Shown here: piece after piece, positions 28,085 to 37,030 of the stretch | Position numbering within the stretch: the stretch's first letter is position 1 | Layout: each line of letters begins with the position of its first letter | IMG/VR virus record: IMGVR_UViG_3300020045_000748 | Span: 1-37,665 of that record | DNA from: a virus | Taxonomy: Duplodnaviria; Caudoviricetes | Strand: one strand, 5' to 3' | DNA: 37,665 nt | Notes under the pieces: model-generated | What the model was told of the DNA's origin: nothing | The model's database searches: none | What the model saw: only the letters and a program-made list of their open reading frames with translations | Made by a program: the position numbers and the translations under genes

Positions 28085-28618
28085 ATGGCACGAATACAAC
28101 ACCTAAAACCCCCATGCGGGTACAATCTCGCGGGACTAGAGAAAATACTATTATTAGACTTCGAAGACTTCGCGGGGTTCAAGTTCGCGGGCGACGATTT
28201 ATACAATAATTGTCTCGTCGAGGCGATACTTAGAAAAGCGGAATTTGTAGAAGTTCAGACCCCAGACGGGGCGAAGTACACTAGCACGTTAAGCGGTAAG
28301 ATTTACGCGCACGTTTTAGAAACTTTCGTCTCTGAACTAAGCGCCGAATTATCGGCTAATTTGCACCTAGGCGCACGCCGTCGTCAAGTTCCCGTCTTTC
28401 AATTGAAGAGCGGTAAATATTTTACGTTTGGTTATGAAGCTGGGGCGGTCTTGACTTACGCCAACCAGACGGCAGAAAGTAGCGGGGCCGTCGTGTCTCT
28501 AACGGCCGCCTCGATATACCCGCTTTTTGAAGTAACCCCCGAGGCCCTCTTCGCGTCGTATTCTGAGGCATACACTTTAGATTTTATTAACGGCGCTTAT
28601 TGTGAAATAATACTATGA
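28085..28618 (+). CDS. Tail-tube paralog
   Basis: 177 aa with motifs collinear with 27441-28016 (C.Y.LAG, H.L, G....G...G, G....L...S). Confidence 0.6.
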   Translation: MARIQHLKPPCGYNLAGLEKILLLDFEDFAGFKFAGDDLYNNCLVEAILRKAEFVEVQTPDGAKYTSTLSGKIYAHVLETFVSELSAELSANLHLGARRRQVPVFQLKSGKYFTFGYEAGAVLTYANQTAESSGAVVSLTAASIYPLFEVTPEALFASYSEAYTLDFINGAYCEIIL

Positions 28619-29187
28619 TACAAACAGGACTAAAACAAGCAACGGTCGCGTACCTTGCAACAAAAGAAACAGGCGAACCCTTAGACATTAACGGCGAACT
28701 AACGAGCGTATCGGGGCGGAAACAGGCCATAGCTTTACTGGAAGGCGAGACTAACCCCAACGCCGCCCTCTACGAAGTGGCGGGCTATTTTGAGGCCAGC
28801 GCTTTATTGGAAGGCGAACCGACCGCGGAACCTTCGCCAGACTGTCCGCCGTCGTCGTTCAGCGTATCGCCTTTATCGGTGCAATTATCGCCCGACACCT
28901 TAACTGCGGTTATATCCGTTTTGAGTTCGGGGCCTTGGGCGATAGTCGGGGCGGTTCCCGCTGGCTTCACTATGTCGCAAACTAGCGGAACGGGAGCCGC
29001 CGAGATAACAATTACACGCACCGTGTCGGTGGGCCCTTTCGTTTTGGTCTTAAAACCGTCAGACTTCCCGACCTCTATTTCGGTAGACGTTTTAAATTTA
29101 GAGAGTATCAACTGGATTTTAGAGACGGGCGCTTGGCGAAACTACAAACTTTACAAAAATAACGGACTTTGGAAATTTAATATTTAA
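28615..29187 (+). CDS. Structural protein with BACON-like domain
   Basis: SVSP.S..L......ISV.SSGPW....S.TSGTG...ITIT; C-terminal WILETG.W. Confidence 0.65.
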   Translation: MIQTGLKQATVAYLATKETGEPLDINGELTSVSGRKQAIALLEGETNPNAALYEVAGYFEASALLEGEPTAEPSPDCPPSSFSVSPLSVQLSPDTLTAVISVLSSGPWAIVGAVPAGFTMSQTSGTGAAEITITRTVSVGPFVLVLKPSDFPTSISVDVLNLESINWILETGAWRNYKLYKNNGLWKFNI

Positions 29188-29191
29188 TAAT

Positions 29192-31429
29192 ATGGCTATT
29201 GTAAAAATAACAGAAAACATGACGGGGGCCGCTGTGGCGGACCTTCTTTTTAACAACGACACCGAACTTGAGGGCCAGCTGAGTAAAATAAACCCTTGGG
29301 TCGCGAAGGTTTACGCCTCTGGCTCACAAGTTAACTATCTCGGTCGCGATTGGGTGGCGAACGCCGCCACGGTCGCGGGAGACATACCCGCGACATCGAC
29401 CAAATGGATAGAGCGATTGAGTTTTTACAATCCAGAAACGGACCTAAACGACACTATTATCAGCAAGAGCCCCGAGGTCGTTTTCGGGCTTCGCGATGTA
29501 ACTATATTAGCGGGAGTTTTAGAGATTAGAAAGGCTAAATATTTTAAAAGTATTACTTTCGCGGTAGACACTAATTTTAATTTAGGTGTATCTAGTGCCG
29601 CGCGGGCCTTGGTTTACGACTACAGCACGTCTTCGCTCTTGGTTGTTGTCTCAACTGCGATAGACAGAGCCACCCAAGCGGTTATCGTATATGATAACGG
29701 CACTAAGATAGTGGACGGTGTTTTATGGCGGTTTTTTAAAATAAACGCGGCGGACGTTAGTACTGCTTACAACAAATCGACAATAGAAAGAAACCGAACA
29801 ATTTTAAGCGACTCTATAAAATCAAACCGCGAGGTACTTGTCGCGTTCTCGACGCTGCCTAAAACGCCAGATACGACGGTAAATTTTAATTCGTCGGCTC
29901 TTGTAGCCTCTACAAAAAACTACACAATAGACACGGTGCTAACCCCTCTATACCCCATTATATCAATACCCGCGATAATAGGCGGTGCTAATGACGGGTA
30001 CGTGTTTGTGGACGTTAACGGGAAGTATTTAACAGGGCGCACACTAAGGGACACCCCGACAGACGTTTTAATAACGGGGTCATTTATAGACATAATCATT
30101 CCAATAAACGCCCACCGTATTATTTTCGCCGTTTTAAATTCAGTAGCGCCAGAGTTTATTTATTATTCTAAATACGCGGTAAAATCAGATAAAATAACTG
30201 AGGCGGACAAGTCCGTATTAATGGGTAAAGATGTATTTTTAATAGAGGGCCAAGACTTGCCGATATACAAACGGGGGCTAACCAATAACATAAAAGTAAA
30301 GCGGTTGTGCGTAATATCTAAGGACACTACGGCTAAAAAATCCTACGCGAATATAGACTACGCACTAGCACCGCAGTACCATTACTTTGACGAAAAGCTA
30401 ATTCTAAACACAAACACGATTAAATCGCCTACTATCGACGTAGTTTGTATTTTTGACAAAGACCCCATTTTATTAACGGAAAACGGTATCGATTATTTAT
30501 ACGGAATTACCGCCGTAAATATTAATAAAGTGGCGGCCTCGGCGCTAGTCGGGTTATCAAAAGATATTTTAATGATTGGCGGCAGCACAACTAATAACGG
30601 GCTGGCAACCTATACGCGAAAATATATAGCTAACTTCGGCGTAACGGGTAACTATAAAGGCGGTATGAATGACGACCTAGGTACCGCGTGCGAAGCTACG
30701 GACGGCTGGGGCTCTGATACCTTGTTCGGAAAAAGAACGTTAGTAGGCAGCACCGTAATATACCCGCACTTAATGGCTGCCCCTCCCGCGGGAACCCCTA
30801 ACAGATTTATGTTTCTAGCCACGGGCGCAGATAAAATAAATAAACCTTCTTTTTGCTACACTTTTACGGCGGGGGGTGTCGCCCAAGAAACTACATACGC
30901 GGATTATACGGGAGAAGACAAACTCACGCGAGATTTTTATATTTTCAGTTTTTCGCAGTATTGTACCGAAAGAGTTATTCCTAACTTAGACGTAATGACT
31001 GTGCAATTAGGAATAAATGACATAAATAATAATACCTACGGGCTGACAGATTTACAAAAATTTATACCTGAGTTATTAATACAAGCTACCGCACTATTCC
31101 CAGCCATACAGATAGGAGTAATGCCTTCGGCAGCCTTTGGCGCGGGTACTAACGGAGATAATTTTTTAAAACGATATATCCCTTATATGATTAATCTTAA
31201 CTTAATGGTCGCGAACCTCGGTAAAACTAACGTTAAGGTTTTGTCGACGCAAATACACAGCGACCGCATAAACCAATTCGAGTGGCTGAGTGTGGTTAAC
31301 CTTTATTCAAACGGGAACTTAACCCAAAAAATAAGAACACAGGGCGACGCGTTCCACGGCAATAATAATTTTTATTTAGAAGTTGGCCGCGCCGTTGGGA
31401 TGTTCATCGCGTGGGCTTCCGCTAATTAA
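29192..31429 (+). CDS. Tail spike/receptor-binding protein with CBM5/12-like module and SGNH hydrolase domain
   Basis: W....Y..G..V.Y.G..W.A module; SGNH blocks IGGSTT, GWG, LGIND, DAFH. Confidence 0.7.
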   Translation: MAIVKITENMTGAAVADLLFNNDTELEGQLSKINPWVAKVYASGSQVNYLGRDWVANAATVAGDIPATSTKWIERLSFYNPETDLNDTIISKSPEVVFGLRDVTILAGVLEIRKAKYFKSITFAVDTNFNLGVSSAARALVYDYSTSSLLVVVSTAIDRATQAVIVYDNGTKIVDGVLWRFFKINAADVSTAYNKSTIERNRTILSDSIKSNREVLVAFSTLPKTPDTTVNFNSSALVASTKNYTIDTVLTPLYPIISIPAIIGGANDGYVFVDVNGKYLTGRTLRDTPTDVLITGSFIDIIIPINAHRIIFAVLNSVAPEFIYYSKYAVKSDKITEADKSVLMGKDVFLIEGQDLPIYKRGLTNNIKVKRLCVISKDTTAKKSYANIDYALAPQYHYFDEKLILNTNTIKSPTIDVVCIFDKDPILLTENGIDYLYGITAVNINKVAASALVGLSKDILMIGGSTTNNGLATYTRKYIANFGVTGNYKGGMNDDLGTACEATDGWGSDTLFGKRTLVGSTVIYPHLMAAPPAGTPNRFMFLATGADKINKPSFCYTFTAGGVAQETTYADYTGEDKLTRDFYIFSFSQYCTERVIPNLDVMTVQLGINDINNNTYGLTDLQKFIPELLIQATALFPAIQIGVMPSAAFGAGTNGDNFLKRYIPYMINLNLMVANLGKTNVKVLSTQIHSDRINQFEWLSVVNLYSNGNLTQKIRTQGDAFHGNNNFYLEVGRAVGMFIAWASAN

Positions 31430-31459
31430 ATTATTTTAAAAAAAAAATCGCTCTTGCTA

Positions 31460-31523
31460 TTGCAAGGGTGGTTTTTTTATTTATCTTTGCAGGGTTCAAC
31501 CAATCAAACACTATTAAAATGGA
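31460..31523 (+). promoter_or_regulatory. Bacteroidota-type early promoter plus leader (copy A)
   Basis: TTG-N19-TATCTTTG-CAGGGTTCAACCAATCAAACACTATTAAAATG. Confidence 0.85.
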
Positions 31524-31728
31524 TGCAAAAACAGACGAACCAGTAAGGGCCCAAATGAAAGCCATGAAAATAGGCGATAAATTATCATGGCCCAAAGAGC
31601 GCTACGATTATATAGTTAATTGTCGCACTAGAATACAAATGTCTGGCGTTATGCGCTTTTCGTCCACCGTCAAAGACAAAGACGACAAGGTAACAATCGA
31701 GAGAATACAAGACGCGCAAAGCGCTTAA
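31519..31728 (+). CDS. Small basic protein, possibly DNA-binding
   Basis: ATG 31519 (MDAKTDE), 69 aa; first gene of the replication operon. Confidence 0.7.
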   Translation: MDAKTDEPVRAQMKAMKIGDKLSWPKERYDYIVNCRTRIQMSGVMRFSSTVKDKDDKVTIERIQDAQSA

Positions 31729-31782
31729 CAATAAAGCGGCAGCACGAAGCGGCCGTAGTTTAACTAAATTAAATAAATCGTT

Positions 31783-32307
31783 ATGGAAATCAACGTAAAA
31801 TTAACAATTGAAGCGGGAGCAAGTTTTAAAGCATTAGTAGACCAGTTAACACCTAAAGCAGTAGCGGCCCCAGCAGCTAAAGCGCCCGTAGTTCTTACGC
31901 CTAAAATGGCTGTTGTAGCAGAAACCGCCGAACAAGAAGCACCGAAGCCAGCCAGAGCAACGCCAGCACCTAAAGCGGCAGTAGCGGCCCCAGCACCTAA
32001 AGCAGTAGCGGCCCCAGCACCTAAAGCAGCAGTAGCGCCAAAACCAGCGGCACCGAAGCCAGCACCTAAAGCCGTGGCCGTTAATTTCGAAGACCTAGAG
32101 CCAGCGGAACAACTGGAAGCGCTTAAGGCACACGCTACTAAACACACCAAAAAAGGCAAGACCGCAGACATTAAAGCGTTAGTAGCTAACTATGGCGCGG
32201 AACGTGTGAGCGAATTGGACCCAGACTATTACATCGAGTTTAACGACGTATTGACGCGATACAGCGACGGCGAGAGTGTAGAGGACATCTTCCCTAACGC
32301 TGACTAA
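31783..32307 (+). CDS. Pro/Ala/Lys-repeat protein with helical C-terminal domain
   Basis: APAPKA repeats; C-terminal IKALV..YGA.RVSEL...Y..F domain, typically found upstream of DUF2800 genes. Confidence 0.8.
   Translation: MEINVKLTIEAGASFKALVDQLTPKAVAAPAAKAPVVLTPKMAVVAETAEQEAPKPARATPAPKAAVAAPAPKAVAAPAPKAAVAPKPAAPKPAPKAVAVNFEDLEPAEQLEALKAHATKHTKKGKTADIKALVANYGAERVSELDPDYYIEFNDVLTRYSDGESVEDIFPNAD
31851..32073 (+). repeat. Imperfect 24-27-bp tandem repeats (cctaaagcagtagcggccccagca)
   Basis: Directly visible; encode PKAVAAPA units. Confidence 0.85.
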
Positions 32308-32310
32308 TAC

Positions 32311-33579
32311 GTGCCAGACAGACACGCAATACTAGGCCCTTCGGCTGCGGACAAGTGGGTAGCTTGTCCGCCGTCCGCTCGGTTTGAAGAGCAAATCGAA
32401 AACGAAGACAGCCCCTTCGCCCGAGAGGGCACACTAGCCCACGACTTAGCGGCGCTAATTCTAGCCACTAGGGCGGGAGTTTATGAAGGGTGTAATGATT
32501 CATTTATTGACGAGTTCCGAAACATTGAGGCCGACGTTATAGACTTCTATGAAGACGTCCATATCGGAGCGATAGAATTTACCGCGATGCTAGAGCACGC
32601 GGAGAACTGGGCCGCCTTTGTAAAAGACCAGCTTACGCGAGACAGCCGTTTAAGCATCGCGAACGAATACGAGTTAGCTATCGAGTGGGTCGGCGCGCCA
32701 CCTTCGGAAGTAATGGCGGGTTTTGAGTTATCCATCGAACGCGAATACGAGATTACAAAGTATGTGCCACTAGGGTACGGTACCAGTGACGCCGTTGTTA
32801 AAACGCCCCGTGTGTTATACGTGAACGATTACAAGTTCGGCGCTGGTAAGCGCGTCAGTGCTTACAAAAATAAACAAGGTCTTTTATATGCGCTCGGCGC
32901 ACTTAAAGCCGCGCTAAAGCAAGACCCGAACTACACGCCCGATTTGGTTATCGTTAGTATATTTCAGCCAAGAGTTAGCGGGGGCGAGACTAGTTTCGAA
33001 ATTACCGTCGCAGAGTTATTGCAATGGGCCGACGAAGTTATAAAGCCCGCAGCAAATTTGGCGATAGCGGGACAGGGTGACTTTAAAGTCGGGCCTCACT
33101 GCCAGTTTTGCAAGGCGAAAACCGTCTGCAAAAAGTACTTCGATACGTTCGCCCAGATTAAAAAGATACACGACAAGCGAACTATGACGGCGGCCGATTT
33201 GGAAACCGTTTTAAACTTCGGTAGTGTTGTTTCTAGCTGGGTTAAAAAAGTAGAAGAGGACACCGCGCGACGCATGCAGTCGGGCCACGTGGTCAAAGGC
33301 TTTAAACTTGTAGCGGGCGGCAGCCGCCGAACCTTTACCAGCGAAGACGACGTAATAGACGCGGCCTTCGGTACTGAAATCGAAGTCGACAAACTCTTTA
33401 GGACTGAGTTAGTTTCTTTAACAGACATCGAAAAAATCGTCGGCAAAAAGAACTTTGAAAAGATTTTCGGGCACGTTATTTTTGAAAAAGAATTTCAGCC
33501 GAAAGTAGTACCCGAAGACCACCCCGCGCCCGCGATAGGTCGCTCGGCACATGATGACTTTGAAGACGATGTAATTTAA
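32311..33579 (+). CDS. Cas4-like PD-(D/E)xK exonuclease (DUF2800)
   Basis: HA.L.PS....W..CP.S, EGT.AH, GTSD, DYKFG, Q..LYALGA, QPR, HCQFC.....C Fe-S ligands. Confidence 0.88.
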   Translation: MPDRHAILGPSAADKWVACPPSARFEEQIENEDSPFAREGTLAHDLAALILATRAGVYEGCNDSFIDEFRNIEADVIDFYEDVHIGAIEFTAMLEHAENWAAFVKDQLTRDSRLSIANEYELAIEWVGAPPSEVMAGFELSIEREYEITKYVPLGYGTSDAVVKTPRVLYVNDYKFGAGKRVSAYKNKQGLLYALGALKAALKQDPNYTPDLVIVSIFQPRVSGGETSFEITVAELLQWADEVIKPAANLAIAGQGDFKVGPHCQFCKAKTVCKKYFDTFAQIKKIHDKRTMTAADLETVLNFGSVVSSWVKKVEEDTARRMQSGHVVKGFKLVAGGSRRTFTSEDDVIDAAFGTEIEVDKLFRTELVSLTDIEKIVGKKNFEKIFGHVIFEKEFQPKVVPEDHPAPAIGRSAHDDFEDDVI

Positions 33580-33591
33580 TACTTTTATAAT

Positions 33592-33876
33592 ATGGCAACA
33601 AAGACCGAAGACGAAAAGAAACAAGCGCGCATACGTAAGGCGATGGAAGCCGCAGCCGCAGCACTGGAACGCGAGGGCGTCAAGTATTTTATCGGCGTCG
33701 TAGACAAGGACCCAACGGCTAGCGACGGGGGTAAAGCCTACGCACAAAGCGACATAACAGGCGAAGACTTTACCCACATTTTAGACATGGCCCTACCGAG
33801 CCGTCAAGATGTAATTAATCTCGGTATTTGGGTCGGCCAGCTAATTACGGCCCGAAGCAAAAACCCTTTACAATAA
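33592..33876 (+). CDS. Hypothetical protein
   Basis: 94 aa with AT-rich upstream region, within the operon. Confidence 0.75.
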   Translation: MATKTEDEKKQARIRKAMEAAAAALEREGVKYFIGVVDKDPTASDGGKAYAQSDITGEDFTHILDMALPSRQDVINLGIWVGQLITARSKNPLQ

Positions 33877-33895
33877 CAATTTAATAATTTACAAC

Positions 33896-34612
33896 ATGGC
33901 AGAAGCTAAAAAAAACCCGTTTAAATTTGTAACAAGAGACACGCACCGCGCGACATTCCTTTGGGTAAAAACGCCCGCAGTATTTAAAAACGAAGACGGC
34001 ACCGACGGCGACGCGAAATACAGTTGCACGTTTTTAATAGACCCTAACAGCGTAGACGTTGAGAACTACGACGCTATTATTAAAGCGCTTTACAACGAAG
34101 CAAAAGAAAGCAAATTTAAAGGCCTTCCGATTACTTCGAACAAACTCTGGAAGCCGTTAAGAGACGGCGCCGACTGGTTAGAAGAGCACCCAGACGCCAC
34201 CGAGTTTGAGGGCAAAATGTTTTTAAAGGCCAGCAGCAAAAGCCAGCCGTCAGTTTTCGACCAAGACGGCAACGAAATGATTGACTTAAGCGAAATTAAA
34301 AGCGGCGATTATGTACGCGCTTCGCTTACGGGTTACACTTTTAATAAAGCTGGTAATCGCGGTTTCGGTTTCTTTTTAAACTCAATTAAATTAATCGAAG
34401 TAGGCGAGGCGTTAGGCGGAAGCGTAGCGACACACGAAGACTACGACGACGAGCCCGTGACTAAGACGCGCACTTCGACAGCAACCAAGCCAAAGCCCGC
34501 AGCGGCCAAAGCCAAGCCAGTGCGTGAGTGGGCTACCGACGCCGAGGGCGCGGACATCTATAGCGACGACGGCGGGGTAAACTGGTTTTTTGGAGACCCG
34601 AACGAAGACTAA
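33896..34612 (+). CDS. Single-stranded DNA-binding protein (DUF2815-like)
   Basis: KYS.TFLI, PLRDG, F.KASS..QP, SG.Y.R.S...Y.F...GN.G..F.LN, GE.LGG, acidic tail. Confidence 0.88.
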   Translation: MAEAKKNPFKFVTRDTHRATFLWVKTPAVFKNEDGTDGDAKYSCTFLIDPNSVDVENYDAIIKALYNEAKESKFKGLPITSNKLWKPLRDGADWLEEHPDATEFEGKMFLKASSKSQPSVFDQDGNEMIDLSEIKSGDYVRASLTGYTFNKAGNRGFGFFLNSIKLIEVGEALGGSVATHEDYDDEPVTKTRTSTATKPKPAAAKAKPVREWATDAEGADIYSDDGGVNWFFGDPNED

Positions 34613-34627
34613 ATAAACACAACCTAG

Positions 34628-34659
34628 AAAGGGCGGCACTAACGCCGCTCTTTTTTTTT
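34628..34659 (+). terminator. Intrinsic terminator after the SSB gene
   Basis: aaagggcggc-actaac-gccgctc followed by T9. Confidence 0.85.
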
Positions 34660-34672
34660 ATACCTTAAAAAC

Positions 34673-34927
34673 ATGGCTAAAGAAACCCCCCACATTATGC
34701 GCACCCTTTGGGCCGAGACGCAAGCCGATAAAGTAAAAGTCGCCGAGATTAAAGACCAAATACAAAAGCACACAGGACTAAAAGAAATAGACGGCAAAAA
34801 AGTAACTATTAAATTTTTAACGTGCAACACTGCGGGCGTACTGTATTACGACGAAGACGAGCCCGTCGCTTTTCTTTCTATGGACTGGGCCGACATCGCG
34901 CTAAGAATAACTTACGTAAAATGGTAA
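34673..34927 (+). CDS. Hypothetical protein
   Basis: 84 aa; overlaps the polymerase start. Confidence 0.7.
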   Translation: MAKETPHIMRTLWAETQADKVKVAEIKDQIQKHTGLKEIDGKKVTIKFLTCNTAGVLYYDEDEPVAFLSMDWADIALRITYVKW

Positions 34928-36939
34928 AGTTACATCTCGATTTGGAGACCTATTGCGAACTGCCGTTAACAGGTCAAAAGTCCGTCGGGTCGTATCGATA
35001 CGCGCAGCATGAAAGTTTCGAGATTATACTACTGGCATACCGTTGGGACGATGGCGAAGAGTACGTCGTCGACATCGCGCAAGGCGAAGAGGTGCCCTTC
35101 GAAGTGTGGGACGCGTTGAGCGACCCTAACGTTATGAAGTACGCGCATAACGCGCCGTTTGAAATGGCGTGTTTGCAATTTGGCTGGGGTGTTTCGATAG
35201 ACCCGTCGCAGTGGCGGTGCACTATGATAATGGCGGCCTATTTGGGTCTGCCTTTGGCCTTGGATAAAGTTAGTAAAGTGTTACGATTGACTGAACAAAA
35301 GGACGCCAGAGGCTCGGCGTTAATTAAATACTTTTGCCAGCCCGTAGCGAAGCCCCGAAAGAAAGACGACTTTCGAACTCGGAACCTACCGCACCACGCG
35401 CCCGAAATGTGGGAAGAGTTTATAAACTACAACGGCCAAGACGTCCGCGTCGAGTGCGCTATCGACGACTATACCCAGAGGTACCCACCCGTCCCGTTAA
35501 TCGAGTGGGAATACTGGGCGATGGACCAGCGTATCAATATGGCTGGCGTTACCATCGACACCGACTTCGTGCGCGCTGCCATTAAGAGTAATAACGCATT
35601 CCAGAAACGCACGCACGAAGAAATCGTAAAACTGACGGGCGTTAGTAATCCAAACAGTACGGCGATGTTAAAAACGTGGCTAGCGTCGCAAGGCTTCGAG
35701 GTACCGAGTTTGAGTAAAGACTTTTTTCTGGACGTCGATTTGTCCGAGTTCCCGCCGAACGTGGCCCGCTTGTTCGAATTGCGCAAGCTGGCGTCTAAGG
35801 CGTCAATAAGTAAGTATAGTAAAATGTTAATGTACTTATGTGATAACGGGCGAAACCATGGGCTTTTTCAATTCTACGGGGCCAACCGAACGGGCCGAGA
35901 AGCGGGCCGAGGGGTGCAACCGCAAAACCTAAAAAAGACCTTTAGCAACGCCGAAAAGATAGAGGCCATCGCCAAGCGATTAAAAGCAAGCGAGGACGTT
36001 GTACGGCAGTTAGTAGGCGACGCACTGGAAACGGCAAAAGAGGCGGTGCGCTTAGGCCTTGCGGACGTGTTATATAGTGACGTTCCCGACATCATTAGTA
36101 AACTGGTGCGCACGGCTATAGTGCCCTCGTTGGGTAATATGTTCGCCGTGTGTGACTTCTCGGCCATCGAGGCCCGCGTCTTGGCGTGGCTGGCTGGCGA
36201 AGATTGGGTCTTGGAAGTATTTAAAAGTCACGGTAAAATCTACGAAGCCACGGCCTCGAATATGTTTAACGTTCCTTTCGAGAGCGTGACGAAGGGGTCG
36301 GACATGCGCGCTAAAGGGAAGGTCGCGACGCTGGCCCTCGGGTACCAAGGCGCCACGGGGGCCATGCTAACTATGGGCGCTCTTCGTGAAGGTATTCTCG
36401 AAAGTGAGATACCAGCCTTAGTAAAGGCGTGGCGTCGCGCTAACCCCGAGATAGTTAAATTCTGGCGCAAAGTTGAGGGCGCCGTTAAGCACGTACTAGA
36501 AAAAAAGTGTAAATATATATTACGCCTAAAGTACGCCTCGTTAACGTTCAGCTACGAACGCGGCTACCTCTTTATCGAACTGCCGAGCGGTCGGCGTCTG
36601 TCTTATTATGGCGCTAACTTACGCAGCAACAAGATTTGTTATTATGGGCTAGACCAAAAGACGGGCGGCTGGGTGCTTCAAGATAGTTACGGGGGTAAGC
36701 TGGTGGAGAACATTACCCAAGCGGTGGCCCGAGATTGTCTTTTCGATTCCATGTACCGCATGAGGCATTTAGATTTACGCATGCACGTACACGACGAAAT
36801 CGTCGCCGAGTCCTTGGCGGTCTTGGCCCCCTCGGTCCTTAAAGAAATGGAACAAATAATGTTGATTAGTCCCGTATGGGCCAACGACTTACCTCTAAGG
36901 GGTGACGGGTTCGTAAGTAATTTCTATAAAAAAGATTAG
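34921..36939 (+). CDS. polA: Family A DNA polymerase with 3'-5' exonuclease
   Basis: ATG 34921 (MVKLHLDLETY); exonuclease DLET and AHNAPFE; motif A DFSAIEAR, motif B KVATLALGY, motif C HVHDE. Confidence 0.95.
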   Translation: MVKLHLDLETYCELPLTGQKSVGSYRYAQHESFEIILLAYRWDDGEEYVVDIAQGEEVPFEVWDALSDPNVMKYAHNAPFEMACLQFGWGVSIDPSQWRCTMIMAAYLGLPLALDKVSKVLRLTEQKDARGSALIKYFCQPVAKPRKKDDFRTRNLPHHAPEMWEEFINYNGQDVRVECAIDDYTQRYPPVPLIEWEYWAMDQRINMAGVTIDTDFVRAAIKSNNAFQKRTHEEIVKLTGVSNPNSTAMLKTWLASQGFEVPSLSKDFFLDVDLSEFPPNVARLFELRKLASKASISKYSKMLMYLCDNGRNHGLFQFYGANRTGREAGRGVQPQNLKKTFSNAEKIEAIAKRLKASEDVVRQLVGDALETAKEAVRLGLADVLYSDVPDIISKLVRTAIVPSLGNMFAVCDFSAIEARVLAWLAGEDWVLEVFKSHGKIYEATASNMFNVPFESVTKGSDMRAKGKVATLALGYQGATGAMLTMGALREGILESEIPALVKAWRRANPEIVKFWRKVEGAVKHVLEKKCKYILRLKYASLTFSYERGYLFIELPSGRRLSYYGANLRSNKICYYGLDQKTGGWVLQDSYGGKLVENITQAVARDCLFDSMYRMRHLDLRMHVHDEIVAESLAVLAPSVLKEMEQIMLISPVWANDLPLRGDGFVSNFYKKD

Positions 36940-36988
36940 CATATTTAAATATTTTATCTTACGTTTGTGGTTCAATCATTCAATCAAG
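36937..36988 (+). promoter_or_regulatory. Bacteroidota-type promoter plus leader-like sequence (copy D)
   Basis: TACGTTTG at 36960-36967 followed by TGGTTCAATCATTCAATCAA; the -33 position reads TAG rather than TTG. Confidence 0.6.
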
Positions 36989-36997
36989 CGTAAACCT

Positions 36998-37030
36998 AAA
37001 CACGGGCCCGCTGGGCCTTGTTTTGTTTGT
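36998..37030 (+). terminator. Hairpin with T-rich tail
   Basis: aaaca(c)gggccc-gct-gggccttgttt followed by tgtttg. Confidence 0.6.

Noticed and set aside
29192-31429. Diversity-generating retroelement or invertible tail-fibre cassette
   Set aside because: No reverse transcriptase, invertase or template/variable repeat pair seen.
31735-31760. Possible hairpin between the 31519 and 31783 genes
   Set aside because: The stem is short and interrupted and has no U-tract.
32311-33579. CRISPR-associated cas4
   Set aside because: No cas1/cas2 or array; the DUF2800-SSB-PolA context is a standard phage replication module.
34822-34920. Upstream start extensions in the ORF track (34822; also 5647, 10734, 11988, 24837, 31468, 36965)
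   Set aside because: They overlap upstream genes, promoters or terminators; downstream ATGs fit motif starts and translational coupling better.
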